Of a DNA stretch of 64,000 nucleotides, positions 16,969 through 26,835 are shown one piece after another (the first letter of the stretch is position 1; the number at the start of each line of letters is the position of its first letter). The position numbers and the translations under genes were made by a program. Source of the stretch: an uncultured Lachnospiraceae bacterium (lineage in GTDB: Bacteria > Bacillota > Clostridia > Lachnospirales > Lachnospiraceae); the NCBI GenBank assembly GCA_946549035.1, contig CAMNQH010000007.1, forward strand, positions 7,739 through 71,738, written 5' to 3'. Under the pieces are notes generated by a model. The model saw nothing but the letters and a program-made list of their open reading frames with translations, was not told the origin of the DNA and did no database searches.

Positions 16969-19206
16969 TTACTTCTTCACACCCTTCGTATCACGGCCCG
17001 CAATCCGCAGCCTGTGAAGGGCAATTTCTTTTTCTTTATAAGTAATTGTCCTTTCTTCTTTTTCTCCTAATAAATAGGCAGCCTCTACTTCATCGTCGTC
17101 GGACAGCCGGATGCCCCGGACGCCTAGGGCTCCTTTTTTCTTTTGAGGCACCTCCGACAGAAGGAATCGCAGGAACATGCCTTTTTTTGTTTGCAGCACC
17201 ATGGTCTCTTGGTCTTCCACCGGGGCCACTATAAGCAACCGGTCCTTCTCTCCTAGCTTTGTAGCCGCCGTCGTTCGTTTTGACACGTCAAATTCACTGC
17301 CATCCACTTGCTTTAACATACCGCCGCCGCTGGCAAAAAGCAGCATTTTCCCGGCAAGATTGCTTAAACTATCCATATAAATAAGCTGTTCCCCGCCGCT
17401 GTTGTAATTACTGATATTATCTAAGGGCGTTCCCTTATCCCGGAACTTGCCGAAGGGCAAATCTTTTACTTTCACCAGGTGCTGTTGCCCGGTATCTGTA
17501 AAAATACAAAGCTTATCCGTATTTTTGCAATGAATCTGATACTTGCTTTCACTGTCCGCCGCTTCCTTGTTCCGTTCATAGGTGGGCACGTCCACCGCCT
17601 TGGCGTACCCGAAACGATCGGTGAGCACCACCACGGAAATCTCTTCCATCTTCTTTTCTTCGTATACGGCTTCTGCCGCATTTTCTATGGCCGTCCGCCG
17701 CTGCCGTCCATATTCTTTACGGAACCTATCCAACTCCCGGATAATGACCTTGGCCATAGCTCCCCGGCTGCCCAAAATCTCTTCATACTGGGCGATACGC
17801 TTTAACGTCTCTTCATGTTCCTTCCATAGCGCCTCTAATTCCAGCCCAATCAACTTATACAGGCGCATCTCTAATATTGCCGTGGCCTGGCGTTCTGTAA
17901 AATGCAGCTTCCCGGCCTCTTCTTTGGACTTTTTGGTTTTAAACCGGATGGCTCCTGTCTCTCCGGTGACCAGGCAGGCTTTCGCTTCCTTGATATTTTT
18001 GCTTCCCCGGAGGATTTCTATAATCAGGTCAATCACATCGCAGGCTTTTATAAGCCCTTCCTGGATCTCCTTTTTGTCCAGCTCCTTAGCCAGAAGGTTT
18101 TTGTACTTTCTGGTAGCCAGCTCATACTGGAAGTTGACATGATGGCGTATCACGGGAATCAATCCCATGGTCTCGGGCCGCCCTCCTGCCACCGCCAGCA
18201 TATTGACGCCAAAGGTATCCTCCAGGCGCGTTTTTTTATAAAGCATATTGCAAAGATGTTCCGTATCACAGCCCTTGCGCAGCTCCAGCACAATACGGAT
18301 GCCTTCTTTGGAGGACTGGTTGGAAATATCCACAATATCGTTGGTCTTTTTGGATTCTACCAGGGAATACACATCATTCAAAAACTTTCCGATATTGGCC
18401 CCCACCATGGTATAAGGGATCTCTGTAATAACAAGACGTTCCTTGCCACCCTTGACTTTTTCAATTTCCACCTTGCCCCGAAGGCGGATCTTTCCTGTGC
18501 CGGTCTCATAAATATTGGCCAGGTCATCTTTATTTACCACAATTCCTCCAGTGGGAAAATCCGGCCCTTTAATATAAGAAAGCATCTCCCGGGTAGTAAT
18601 ATCCGGGTTTTTCATATATGCTTTGACTCCTTCGATCACCTCTTCCAGATTGTGGGGAGGGATACTGGTAGCCATGCCCACGGCAATCCCTTCGGCGCCG
18701 TTAATCAGCAGATTAGGAACTCTTACAGGAAGCACGGCAGGCTCTTTCTCCGTCTCGTCAAAATTGGGAACAAAATCCACCACGTCCTTGTCCAAGTCCG
18801 AGAGATACGCTTCCTGTGTAATTTTTTGCAGACGCGCCTCTGTATAACGCATAGCCGCCGCCCCGTCTCCTTCAATAGAGCCAAAATTACCGTGGCCGTC
18901 CACCAAAGGCATTCCTTTTTTAAAGTCCTGGGCCATTACCACCAGGGCTTCATAGATAGAACTGTCCCCATGGGGATGGTATTTACCCATGGTATCCCCT
19001 ACAATACGGGCGCACTTCCGATAAGGCTTGTCATACCGGATGCCCAGCTCATACATATCATACAATGTCCTTCGCTGTACCGGTTTTAATCCGTCCCTTA
19101 CATCCGGCAGAGCCCTGGCGATAATGACGCTCATGGCATAATCAATGTAGGATTTCTGCATAATTTCCGAATACTCGGTGCGGATAATTCCTTCTTTTTG
19201 TTCCAT
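16969..19206 (-). CDS. parC: DNA topoisomerase IV subunit A (GyrA/ParC family)
   Basis: 745 aa. The N-terminus [30 protein letters not shown]...[20 protein letters not shown]...[11 protein letters not shown] is the type IIA topoisomerase A-subunit signature. I saw no GyrA-box (QRRGGKG-like) in the C-terminal domain, and the protein is short, so ParC is favoured over GyrA. Confidence 0.8.
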   Translation of the reverse strand: MEQKEGIIRTEYSEIMQKSYIDYAMSVIIARALPDVRDGLKPVQRRTLYDMYELGIRYDKPYRKCARIVGDTMGKYHPHGDSSIYEALVVMAQDFKKGMPLVDGHGNFGSIEGDGAAAMRYTEARLQKITQEAYLSDLDKDVVDFVPNFDETEKEPAVLPVRVPNLLINGAEGIAVGMATSIPPHNLEEVIEGVKAYMKNPDITTREMLSYIKGPDFPTGGIVVNKDDLANIYETGTGKIRLRGKVEIEKVKGGKERLVITEIPYTMVGANIGKFLNDVYSLVESKKTNDIVDISNQSSKEGIRIVLELRKGCDTEHLCNMLYKKTRLEDTFGVNMLAVAGGRPETMGLIPVIRHHVNFQYELATRKYKNLLAKELDKKEIQEGLIKACDVIDLIIEILRGSKNIKEAKACLVTGETGAIRFKTKKSKEEAGKLHFTERQATAILEMRLYKLIGLELEALWKEHEETLKRIAQYEEILGSRGAMAKVIIRELDRFRKEYGRQRRTAIENAAEAVYEEKKMEEISVVVLTDRFGYAKAVDVPTYERNKEAADSESKYQIHCKNTDKLCIFTDTGQQHLVKVKDLPFGKFRDKGTPLDNISNYNSGGEQLIYMDSLSNLAGKMLLFASGGGMLKQVDGSEFDVSKRTTAATKLGEKDRLLIVAPVEDQETMVLQTKKGMFLRFLLSEVPQKKKGALGVRGIRLSDDDEVEAAYLLGEKEERTITYKEKEIALHRLRIAGRDTKGVKK

Positions 19207-19232
19207 TGTTCTTTTCCTCTTCCAAAATAATC

Positions 19233-21152
19233 TTATACATCCAGCTCCGCCTCAGAAGCATTTTCATAAATAAACTGCCGTCTGGGCGAAACCTCCGTTC
19301 CCATCAGCATCTCCGTCACATCCGAGGCCATCCTTGCATCTTCTATCTCCACTTTTTTCAATACCCGGGTCTTAGGATCTAAGGTTGTCTCCCAAAGCTG
19401 CTGGGCGTCCATCTCTCCCAGCCCTTTGTACCTTTGGAGGGTAAAAGAGCCTTTATGGGTCTTTCGATAACGCTTTAGCGCCACATCGTCATAAAGGTAT
19501 TCTTCCTCCCCTCTGGCGGGAATGGCTTTATACAAAGGCGGCATTGCTATATAAATGTGCCCCTCATAAATCAGCTCCGGCATAAACCGGTAAAACAGGG
19601 TCAAAAGCAATGTGGAAATATGCGCCCCGTCCACGTCTGCATCCGCCATAATAATAATCTTATCATATTTTAACTTTGTAATATCAAAATCATTGCCAAA
19701 GCCTTCGGAAAAGCCGCACCCAAAGGCGTTGATCATGGTTTTGATCTCCCCATTGGCCAATACCTTGTCAATGCTGGCCTTCTCCACATTCAAAATCTTT
19801 CCCCGGATGGGTAAAATGGCCTGGAAATTTCGGTCCCGGGCCGTTTTGGCCGATCCGCCCGCGGAATCTCCCTCCACAATAAAAATCTCACAAACAGAAG
19901 CGTCCCTGCTCTCGCAGTTGGCCAGCTTTCCGTTGGAATCAAAGGAAAATTTCTGTTTTGTCAGAAGGTTTGTCTTGGCCCTCTCTTCCGTTTTGCGGAT
20001 TTTGGCGGCTTTTTCTGCACAGGAAATTACTTTTTTTAAATTTTCCAGATTTTTGTCAAAATAGAGCTGAATCTCTTCTCCCGTCACCTTCCCCGTCACC
20101 CTAGAGGCGTCCTGATTGTCCAATTTTGTCTTCGTCTGTCCTTCAAAACGCGGCGCCGGATGCTTAATGGAAATGACCGCGGTCATCCCGTTTCGCACGT
20201 CCGTCCCGGTAAAGTTAGCGTCTTTTTCTTTTAAAATCCCCAGCTCCCTGGCATAATTATTAATGACCGTCGTAAAAACCGTCTTAAATCCTGTGAGATG
20301 GGTGCCTCCCTCGGCATTGTAAATATTATTGCAGAAGCCCAATACATTCTCGTGGAATTCACTGGTATACTGAAATGCCGACTCCACGGTAATGCCCTCT
20401 GCTTCTCCTTTAAAATAAATCACATCTGTGACGGATTCACTTTTTTTATTTAAATCTTTTACATAACCGATGATACCGTCCGGCTCATGGAATTCTAACT
20501 GCTCCGTCTGGGGCCCCCGCTTGTCCTCATATACAATCATCAATTCCGGGTTCAGATAGGCCGTCTCATGAAGTCGGCTTTTTACTTCGTCCTCCTTGAA
20601 CCTGGTTTTTTCAAAAATCTCCGGGTCCGGAAGAAAATTAATCCGGGATCCGGTCTTTTTCGTCTTACCTAATGTGGGGAGCAGGCCGTCTTCCAATTCT
20701 ATCACCGGAATCCCCCGCTCATATCGGTCGTGATGAATATATCCGTTCTGGCTTACCTGCAAATCCAGATAGGTGGACAAGGCATTTACTACAGAAGAAC
20801 CTACGCCGTGAAGGCCGCCGCTGGTCTTATAAGCCCCATCGTCAAATTTGCCTCCGGCATGGAGGGTGGTAAATACCAGGCGGGCCGCCGCCATGCCTTT
20901 TTCATGCATGCCCACCGGAATTCCCCGGCCGTTATCCTCCACAGTACAAGAGCCGTCCGCCTCTAGTGTTACCCAAATGGTATCACAGGCCCCGGCCAAA
21001 TGCTCGTCCACTGCATTATCTACAATTTCATAAATCAAATGATTCAAGCCTTTCCTGGAAACGCTGCCAATATACATGCCCGGCCGTTTCCGCACCGCCT
21101 CTAAGCCCTCCAGAACGGAGATACTGCTGGCGTCATATTGTGTCTTTGCCAT
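19233..21152 (-). CDS. parE: DNA topoisomerase IV subunit B (GyrB/ParE family)
   Basis: 639 aa from ATG 21152 (MAKTQYDASSISVLEGLEAVRKRPGMYIGS) with a GAGGAGGAAAAATG ribosome-binding site. GHKL ATPase and TOPRIM motifs are present (LHGVGSSVVNALS, EIFIVEGDSAGGSAK, IMADADVDGAHI). Confidence 0.85.
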   Translation of the reverse strand: MAKTQYDASSISVLEGLEAVRKRPGMYIGSVSRKGLNHLIYEIVDNAVDEHLAGACDTIWVTLEADGSCTVEDNGRGIPVGMHEKGMAAARLVFTTLHAGGKFDDGAYKTSGGLHGVGSSVVNALSTYLDLQVSQNGYIHHDRYERGIPVIELEDGLLPTLGKTKKTGSRINFLPDPEIFEKTRFKEDEVKSRLHETAYLNPELMIVYEDKRGPQTEQLEFHEPDGIIGYVKDLNKKSESVTDVIYFKGEAEGITVESAFQYTSEFHENVLGFCNNIYNAEGGTHLTGFKTVFTTVINNYARELGILKEKDANFTGTDVRNGMTAVISIKHPAPRFEGQTKTKLDNQDASRVTGKVTGEEIQLYFDKNLENLKKVISCAEKAAKIRKTEERAKTNLLTKQKFSFDSNGKLANCESRDASVCEIFIVEGDSAGGSAKTARDRNFQAILPIRGKILNVEKASIDKVLANGEIKTMINAFGCGFSEGFGNDFDITKLKYDKIIIMADADVDGAHISTLLLTLFYRFMPELIYEGHIYIAMPPLYKAIPARGEEEYLYDDVALKRYRKTHKGSFTLQRYKGLGEMDAQQLWETTLDPKTRVLKKVEIEDARMASDVTEMLMGTEVSPRRQFIYENASEAELDV

Positions 21153-21307
21153 TTTTCCTCCTCTGACGCATACACCGCGCCATCCAGACAAATCTGGAAC
21201 TTTTTCTGAAACAAAAAGCTTCGGGTTCCCGCTTCTGCAACCATCTGATGTAAGAAGCAACGAACTCAAAGCTTATTTTCGCCTTATTTCCTGCTTTATA
21301 ACCTGCC

Positions 21308-21709
21308 TTATTTCTTCCCCTGCTCCAAAAACCGCATACGGTTCTCATCCTGGTTTGCCACCAGGCCGCCTTTGGCGGTATTCTGAAGCTTATAGCATCT
21401 CTGGCAGTATGAACCAAATGTAATCGGCTCCCCGCAAGAGAGACAATGAAGACTTTTTATCTTCTCCACTCGTTCTTTATACTCAATGCGCCCTTCTTTG
21501 ATCCAGCCTTTCACTTTTCTCAATGGCAGGCCAAATTCATCCGCCACCTGATATTCTGTTACGTCACGACTCCGGATAAAGTCCTTCACTCTGTTAAACA
21601 GCTCATTCTCCTCGCATCCAGGGCAAAGCTCCGCCTCAAAATCCGATGGCAATGCACGTCGGCAAACTTTACAATATTTGGAGTTTTGAAATAAATGTGT
21701 ATTTTCCAT
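21308..21709 (-). CDS. small zinc-ribbon / HTH protein (architecture like YvyF/TIGR03826-type proteins)
   Basis: 133 aa. CKVC...CPGC, then a helix-turn-helix-like segment (TEYQVADEFGLPLRKVKGWIKEGRI), then CLSC...CQRC. The family name is a recollection of architecture only. Confidence 0.5.
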   Translation of the reverse strand: MENTHLFQNSKYCKVCRRALPSDFEAELCPGCEENELFNRVKDFIRSRDVTEYQVADEFGLPLRKVKGWIKEGRIEYKERVEKIKSLHCLSCGEPITFGSYCQRCYKLQNTAKGGLVANQDENRMRFLEQGKK

Positions 21710-21892
21710 GCTTTGGACCCCTTCCTTATTATATTCATTTCTTCAAATGCTTGCGTAAGTATACAATACGCTATATTGTACCATCATTCTTTTGTTTCGT
21801 CCAGATATAGTTATAAAAAGTAAAAACACATTCTTTATAGCTTATTTCGGTTATACAGACAGATATCTTTATACTTTTTCTACAAATACCTA

Positions 21893-22672
21893 TTATCTTC
21901 TACATTCTTCTGAACTTGATTTCACTTCCACCCACATTTTATAGTAATCAAAGGCTTCCCCTGGTCTGTTTACTCCTGAAGTCAGATATTGAGCAATTAC
22001 CCTGCCGGTGGTAATTCCCTGGCTTTTTAACAATTCTATTCGCCGATCCAAATCATTTTGACTCTCGTCCCGGCTGTTTGCCACCAACAACCCTTCTAAA
22101 AACGTCTGCCCTTTCTGTTCCCACAAAAGCGCTTCTTCCTCCTGCCATTCCCCCGGTCCATAACCGATCCCATACTGCACTCCATCTTCTTTCGTTTTCC
22201 CCAGCATCAGCACAAACGCTCCCGGCTCCAAGGAGATTTTCTTCCAATGCTCTTCTTTCCAGTGGGAAAATGCCCCCACCTTTATAAAAGGCGGCGCACC
22301 TGGCGCAAGGGGGCGTTCCTTTAACCACCGAATCTGCTCCAGGGCTTTTTGCTGCGTCCGAATCCGTTCCGCCTGCTGCTTAAGCTTACGCTGTGTTTCT
22401 TCCAAACGCTCTTTTGCCTCTTCCAGCAATGTTTCCTGGATCCATATATCAGAACAAAGCATCTGTTTTAATTCTTTCATGGGAATTCCGATACTGCGGT
22501 AAAAAGAAATATTACTCAGCTCCATGGCGTCCGCCAAGGAAAATTCCCGATAGCTGTTCTTTCCGTTCCGGGGCGGAGAAATCAGTCCTTCCTGGTTCCA
22601 ATATCGTATTGTGGCTTTTGGAATATCTAACAGACGTGAAATAACATGGATACTGTATTTCTTTTCTTCCAT
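21893..22672 (-). CDS. MerR-family transcriptional regulator with C-terminal effector-binding domain
   Basis: The N-terminal YSIHVISRLLDIPKATIRYWNQEGLISPPRNGKNSYREFS is a MerR HTH, followed by a coiled coil. Divergent from the MATE gene. Confidence 0.85.
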   Translation of the reverse strand: MEEKKYSIHVISRLLDIPKATIRYWNQEGLISPPRNGKNSYREFSLADAMELSNISFYRSIGIPMKELKQMLCSDIWIQETLLEEAKERLEETQRKLKQQAERIRTQQKALEQIRWLKERPLAPGAPPFIKVGAFSHWKEEHWKKISLEPGAFVLMLGKTKEDGVQYGIGYGPGEWQEEEALLWEQKGQTFLEGLLVANSRDESQNDLDRRIELLKSQGITTGRVIAQYLTSGVNRPGEAFDYYKMWVEVKSSSEECRR

Positions 22673-22717
22673 CTCATACCTCCAAAATGCTTTTTCTTCA
22701 TTATATCCAATCTCCCC

Positions 22718-22748
22718 TTGACATTCAAGTAACTTTAACCTCTATACT
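22718..22748 (+). promoter_or_regulatory. MerR-type promoter: TTGACA - 19 bp spacer - TATACT
   Basis: TTGACA at 22718-22723 and TATACT at 22743-22748, with a 19-bp spacer containing the small palindromes CTTGAcatTCAAG and AAGTAACTT. Points toward the MATE gene. Confidence 0.5.
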
Positions 22749-22753
22749 ATTAA

Positions 22754-22971
22754 TAAGTGGTTGGTTGTGAAAGCCAAAGCTACGAGAATATTCTGACAAT
22801 ATATTTTAGAAAAAGTCTGTTGCACCAAGCATTCCAATGAGCCCAATCAAGCAGAACCCAGTCGGGATTAGGCCCTCCTGTGTTCTATGGTCTCATTTTC
22901 ATGGTGCAAATGTCTTTTTCTAAAATATATTGTCAGAATATTCAGTTAAGTTTTGAGTTTCGAAATCACCA
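22754..22971. mobile_element. MITE-like long hairpin element, copy 1 (about 218 bp)
   Basis: Perfect 30-bp inverted repeat: GAATATTCTGACAATATATTTTAGAAAAAG (22786-22815) against 22914-22943. It extends imperfectly outward and inward. The ends resemble those of the 43.6-kb copy. Flanked by the similar 11-mers TATACTATTAA (left) and TATACTGTAAT (right). Boundaries are approximate. Confidence 0.6.
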
Positions 22972-23002
22972 TATACTGTAATGCAGGGAAGAGGAGATTA
23001 TT

Positions 23003-24283
23003 ATGAAAAAAGAATTTTGTAAATATATTTTTCCGGCCATGTTTTCATTTATTCTCACGGGAATTTATTCTATTGTGGACGGGATTTTTGTGGGAAACGC
23101 CATGGGAGACGACGGCCTGGCGGCTATTAATATTGTGTGGCCGCTGGCTGCTTTAATCATCTCCCTGGGAACGGGAATCGGCATGGGGGCTTCTGTGATT
23201 GTCTCTTTAAACCGGGGCTCCGGAAATAAAAAAAGAGCTGCCAAAGCAGAGGGCAACGCTTTTTTTCTGATACTGACAGGTACCATAGGCCTGGTTCTTC
23301 TGCTTGCCGTCAGCCATGGATTCCTGCTTCCCCTTCTGGGGGCCAACGGCGTCCTTTTTACGTATTGCAGACAGTACCTTTGTATCTTATTGGCAGGAGC
23401 CGTCGCCCAGGTATCCGCCTGCGCCATGCTTCCTTTAATCCGCAACCACGGCGCGTCCATCTTTGCCATGACCGCTATGGCTATGGGGTGTCTGGTAAAT
23501 ATTTTCCTGGACTGGCTCTTTGTAATGAAACTGCATTTGGCCATCCAGGGCGCCGCTTTGGCCACCGTCTGCGGCCAGGTGCTGACATTGATTCTTTGCC
23601 TGGGATTTTTCCTTCGAAAGCCTTACCGCGGCTTTCTTCATAATTTGAAGCCGGACGCCGGAATCATCGCTTCTATTATAAAGGTAGGTATTTCTCCCTT
23701 TGGATTGACATACCTTCCCTCCATTACGATTATATTTATGAATCTCCAGACTTTAAAATACGGGGATACCGCCGCAGTCAGCGCTTATGCCATTTTAGCT
23801 TATATCCTGTCTTTTATGGAACTGCTGATTCAGGGCATCAGCGACGGAAGCCAGCCCCTTCTCAGCCTAAACCAGGGGGCCGGCAACACCAAAAAGCTTC
23901 ACACCTACCGCCGCTGGATGTTCCTTCTGGCTTTGGTTTTTGGCGCCGTCAGCGGCATTCTGGTGATTGTATGTAAGCATCAGATTCCCGGGCTTTTCGG
24001 CGGTTCTGAGGAAGCCGCCGCCTATATCCTGGACTGCTCTGTTGCATTTGGAATCGCATTGTTTTTGTACGGCTTTTCCAAGCCCGCCATTGCTTATTTC
24101 TATGCGATCGACCAGACGACGCCCTCCACGATTTTAGTATATGGAGAGGTTTTGCTGACGGTGGCGTTCATTTATATTTTACCCTTGTTCTGGGGGCTTA
24201 CAGGCGTATGGTATACCATGCCTTTGGTCCAACTTCTTCTTTCCCTTACAGGGATATGGTTTTTGCGAAAAAATGGAAAATAA
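23003..24283 (+). CDS. MATE-family efflux transporter
   Basis: 426 aa, about 12 hydrophobic spans. The N-terminus KYIFPAMFSFILTGIYSIVDGIFVGNAMGDDGLAAINIVWPL is typical of MatE. GAGGAG ribosome-binding site. Confidence 0.9.
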   Translation: MKKEFCKYIFPAMFSFILTGIYSIVDGIFVGNAMGDDGLAAINIVWPLAALIISLGTGIGMGASVIVSLNRGSGNKKRAAKAEGNAFFLILTGTIGLVLLLAVSHGFLLPLLGANGVLFTYCRQYLCILLAGAVAQVSACAMLPLIRNHGASIFAMTAMAMGCLVNIFLDWLFVMKLHLAIQGAALATVCGQVLTLILCLGFFLRKPYRGFLHNLKPDAGIIASIIKVGISPFGLTYLPSITIIFMNLQTLKYGDTAAVSAYAILAYILSFMELLIQGISDGSQPLLSLNQGAGNTKKLHTYRRWMFLLALVFGAVSGILVIVCKHQIPGLFGGSEEAAAYILDCSVAFGIALFLYGFSKPAIAYFYAIDQTTPSTILVYGEVLLTVAFIYILPLFWGLTGVWYTMPLVQLLLSLTGIWFLRKNGK

Positions 24284-24342
24284 TGACGAATGCGCCAAGG
24301 GGTCTGCCGGCAATGGTTGTGACAATACAGCACATAAAACCT

Positions 24343-24906
24343 TTACATGGGTTTCAGATTTTTATTGAGCCTGTCCACCATCCAGGCAATCCGCTTTTTT
24401 CGTCCGGCTTCTGTCTTTGCGTCAAAATATGCCCGTGTATATGTTTTTTTTACAGATAACGACATAGCCTCGAAATTTGTGCTGGCAGGCTCGTATTCTT
24501 TAAGCAATGAGGAAAGCTGGGCAATTTGTTCCTCCGTCACCACCATAGAGTTTTGAGCGTCCCACTGTCCATTCTTCTTGGCTTCTTCTATTTTCTTTCT
24601 GCCGAAATCGGTTATAAGCCCCTGCTCCTGCAGGTTTTTAACCAACGCTTTATTTTTCTCTGACCATTTGCTTTTCTCCCTGCGCTGGGAAAAATACTTC
24701 TTATACGTCTGATCGTCGATGCTTTTCATCTGCCCGTCAATCCAGCCAAAGCAAAGAGCCTCTTCCAGCGCTTCTTGGGCTTTAATCGTTTTCGGCCCTC
24801 CTGCTTTGCCAAACAAAAGCCAGATACCATCACTTGAAAGGCAATGAACCAAAAGCCATTCCCTAAATTCCTCTCTGCTTGCAAATTTCATTACATCGCT
24901 CATCAT
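24343..24906 (-). CDS. YdeI/OmpD-associated family protein
   Basis: 187 aa. FREWL...GIWLLFGKAGGPKTIKAQEALEEALCFGWIDGQMKSIDDQTYKKYFSQRREKSKWSEKNK matches my memory of the YdeI/DUF1801-type family. Confidence 0.7.
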   Translation of the reverse strand: MMSDVMKFASREEFREWLLVHCLSSDGIWLLFGKAGGPKTIKAQEALEEALCFGWIDGQMKSIDDQTYKKYFSQRREKSKWSEKNKALVKNLQEQGLITDFGRKKIEEAKKNGQWDAQNSMVVTEEQIAQLSSLLKEYEPASTNFEAMSLSVKKTYTRAYFDAKTEAGRKKRIAWMVDRLNKNLKPM

Positions 24907-24999
24907 TCCCGTATCCTTTCGTTATGACAATTCCTCCAATATCAGTTTTTTCCATTCTACCCTATCAACAAAGAAATCACAACCAAAAAGACAGGCCTC

Positions 25000-26835
25000 T
25001 CACTGATACCACTTCGCCTGAGCTTCATACATTTTATAATAATGCCCCCGCCGGGCCATCAATTCCTCATGACTCCCATCTTCTACAATACGCCCCTCCC
25101 GAAACACCAGGATCCGGTCCACCAGCCCGGTAATTCCCAGCCGATGAGAAATCAAAAGGGTAGTGCGCCGCCCCGTAAGCCCGGAAAAATCCCGGTATAA
25201 TTGGGCTTCCGCCAGAGGATCCAGCGCAGCGGTGGGCTCATCCAGAATCATAATGTCCGCCCGGCTGCGGTAGGCGGCCCGCAGCAAGGCAATCTTCTGC
25301 CACTGTCCCCCGGAAAGTGTATTCCCCTTCTCGCTCAAATGTCCCAGCACCCCGGACAATCCTTGGGGCTGTTCCAAAATCACATCCTCCACATGAATTT
25401 GACGGGCCAGAGAAAGGATTTCATCATCGAAACAAGTGCGTTCCTGGTCAGATACGGTAATATTTTCCCGCAAAGGGGCCTCATAATGGGCGAAATCTTG
25501 AAATATGACGGAAATTTTTTCCCGGAGCTCATGCTTTTCCTTCTCCATGGAACGTCCGCCAATGGTAATACTGCCCTCTTTTGGGGAAAACATGCCTGTC
25601 AGCAGACTGATAAAGGTCGACTTACCGGAACCGTTATCTCCCACAATGGCTACCTTCTCCCCCGCCCGAATGGTCAAAGAAAGATCTGAAACGGCTTCTC
25701 TTAAAGCTTGGGGATAACGAAAGCTAACATGGTCAAATACAATATCTCCACTCCCTGCATCACCTCTTTTTTCCCCTTCCTCCAATTGTAATAAAGGCTT
25801 TTCTTCGTCTCTTTCCAGATCCTCCAAAGCAAAAAATTCTTTTAGATAAGACAGACAGGCAGAAAATTGCATGATTTCTGTAAAAATACTCCCAATGGCC
25901 CTCTGTAATTGTTCTGAAAGGGTATACACCAGGGTAAAGGTCCCCAATCCAAGAGCCGGATTTTGATAAATCATCCAAACTGTCACAAAAAGAAGCATCA
26001 GATAAACGCTGCTTCGTAAAAAGTCCGCCCCTATATTGGCCTTTACATGCTTTACCACCAGGTGGTTTTTCTTGTGGAGATAACTGTCTGCCACCGCCCG
26101 CCATCGCGCTTTCAAATAGTCAAAGAGCTCATAATGGCGCACTTCTTGAATTCCGTGATCTGTGGAGGTACATAAATGGTACAGATGGATTGCCATATGC
26201 CCCTCCTCCGACCATTTGGTACGTTGGCGAAACGTCTCGTCCGCCTGACGATAGGAAAGCACGGCTGCCGGAATCCCTGTGGCTATCAAAACAAGGACAA
26301 ATACAGGATGGACCGCCCAAAGGGCCAGCCCTGTTGTAGTAAAGGTGATCAACTGGTACAGGGCGTCAAACATTCCCTGTATGCCCTGGACTGCTTCCTT
26401 GCAGGCATGGGTATCTACAAAAGCGATTTTTGTAAAGAAATCATCCCTGTTTTCCAAATAGGAATAGTGAACCGTACAAATATGTTTTAAAACCGTCTCC
26501 TTCATATATCCCTGGGTGCGGTATCCATCCTGAATGCTCACAGCCCCTTCCAGAAACTGCCATATGAGCCGCAGCATAAATAACAAGCCCAGCAAAAGCA
26601 ATGCAGACAAAACCGGGGCAATCTGCCCGCCATGTCCAGGCGTCAGCAAATAAATCAAATCCGTAAGCCTTTGAAGCTGCTTCGAAAGGCACAGGGGCAA
26701 AAAGGCCATAGGCAGGCCGATGACGCCAACCGCCAGGGAAAGAGGACTTTTGACCGTGAAAAACATGCCCAAGGATTTTCGCAGAATCCAAATACCCTTC
26801 AACCTCTTTGGCGCATGGGATTGTGTCTGTTCCAT
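25000..26835 (-). CDS. ABC exporter, fused permease/ATP-binding subunit (second of pair)
   Basis: 611 aa. N-terminal six-helix transmembrane domain. Walker A GDNGSGKST, signature LSGGQWQK, Walker B ILDEP. Confidence 0.9.
   Translation of the reverse strand: MEQTQSHAPKRLKGIWILRKSLGMFFTVKSPLSLAVGVIGLPMAFLPLCLSKQLQRLTDLIYLLTPGHGGQIAPVLSALLLLGLLFMLRLIWQFLEGAVSIQDGYRTQGYMKETVLKHICTVHYSYLENRDDFFTKIAFVDTHACKEAVQGIQGMFDALYQLITFTTTGLALWAVHPVFVLVLIATGIPAAVLSYRQADETFRQRTKWSEEGHMAIHLYHLCTSTDHGIQEVRHYELFDYLKARWRAVADSYLHKKNHLVVKHVKANIGADFLRSSVYLMLLFVTVWMIYQNPALGLGTFTLVYTLSEQLQRAIGSIFTEIMQFSACLSYLKEFFALEDLERDEEKPLLQLEEGEKRGDAGSGDIVFDHVSFRYPQALREAVSDLSLTIRAGEKVAIVGDNGSGKSTFISLLTGMFSPKEGSITIGGRSMEKEKHELREKISVIFQDFAHYEAPLRENITVSDQERTCFDDEILSLARQIHVEDVILEQPQGLSGVLGHLSEKGNTLSGGQWQKIALLRAAYRSRADIMILDEPTAALDPLAEAQLYRDFSGLTGRRTTLLISHRLGITGLVDRILVFREGRIVEDGSHEELMARRGHYYKMYEAQAKWYQ

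Noticed and set aside
17902-19089. 395-aa plus-strand ORF.
   Set aside because: It is antisense to the unmistakable ParC/GyrA-family gene, and its translation has no recognisable motifs.
16969-21152. Calling the pair gyrB/gyrA.
   Set aside because: The A subunit is short (745 aa) and I found no GyrA-box in its C-terminal domain. The pair is also not next to dnaA/dnaN/recF. Topoisomerase IV is preferred, but by-eye discrimination is imperfect.
21710-21892. Small dyad TACAAT-N7-ATTGTA in the AT-rich intergenic region.
   Set aside because: It has only 6-bp arms in AT-rich DNA, so it could arise by chance. No adjacent regulator can be linked to it.
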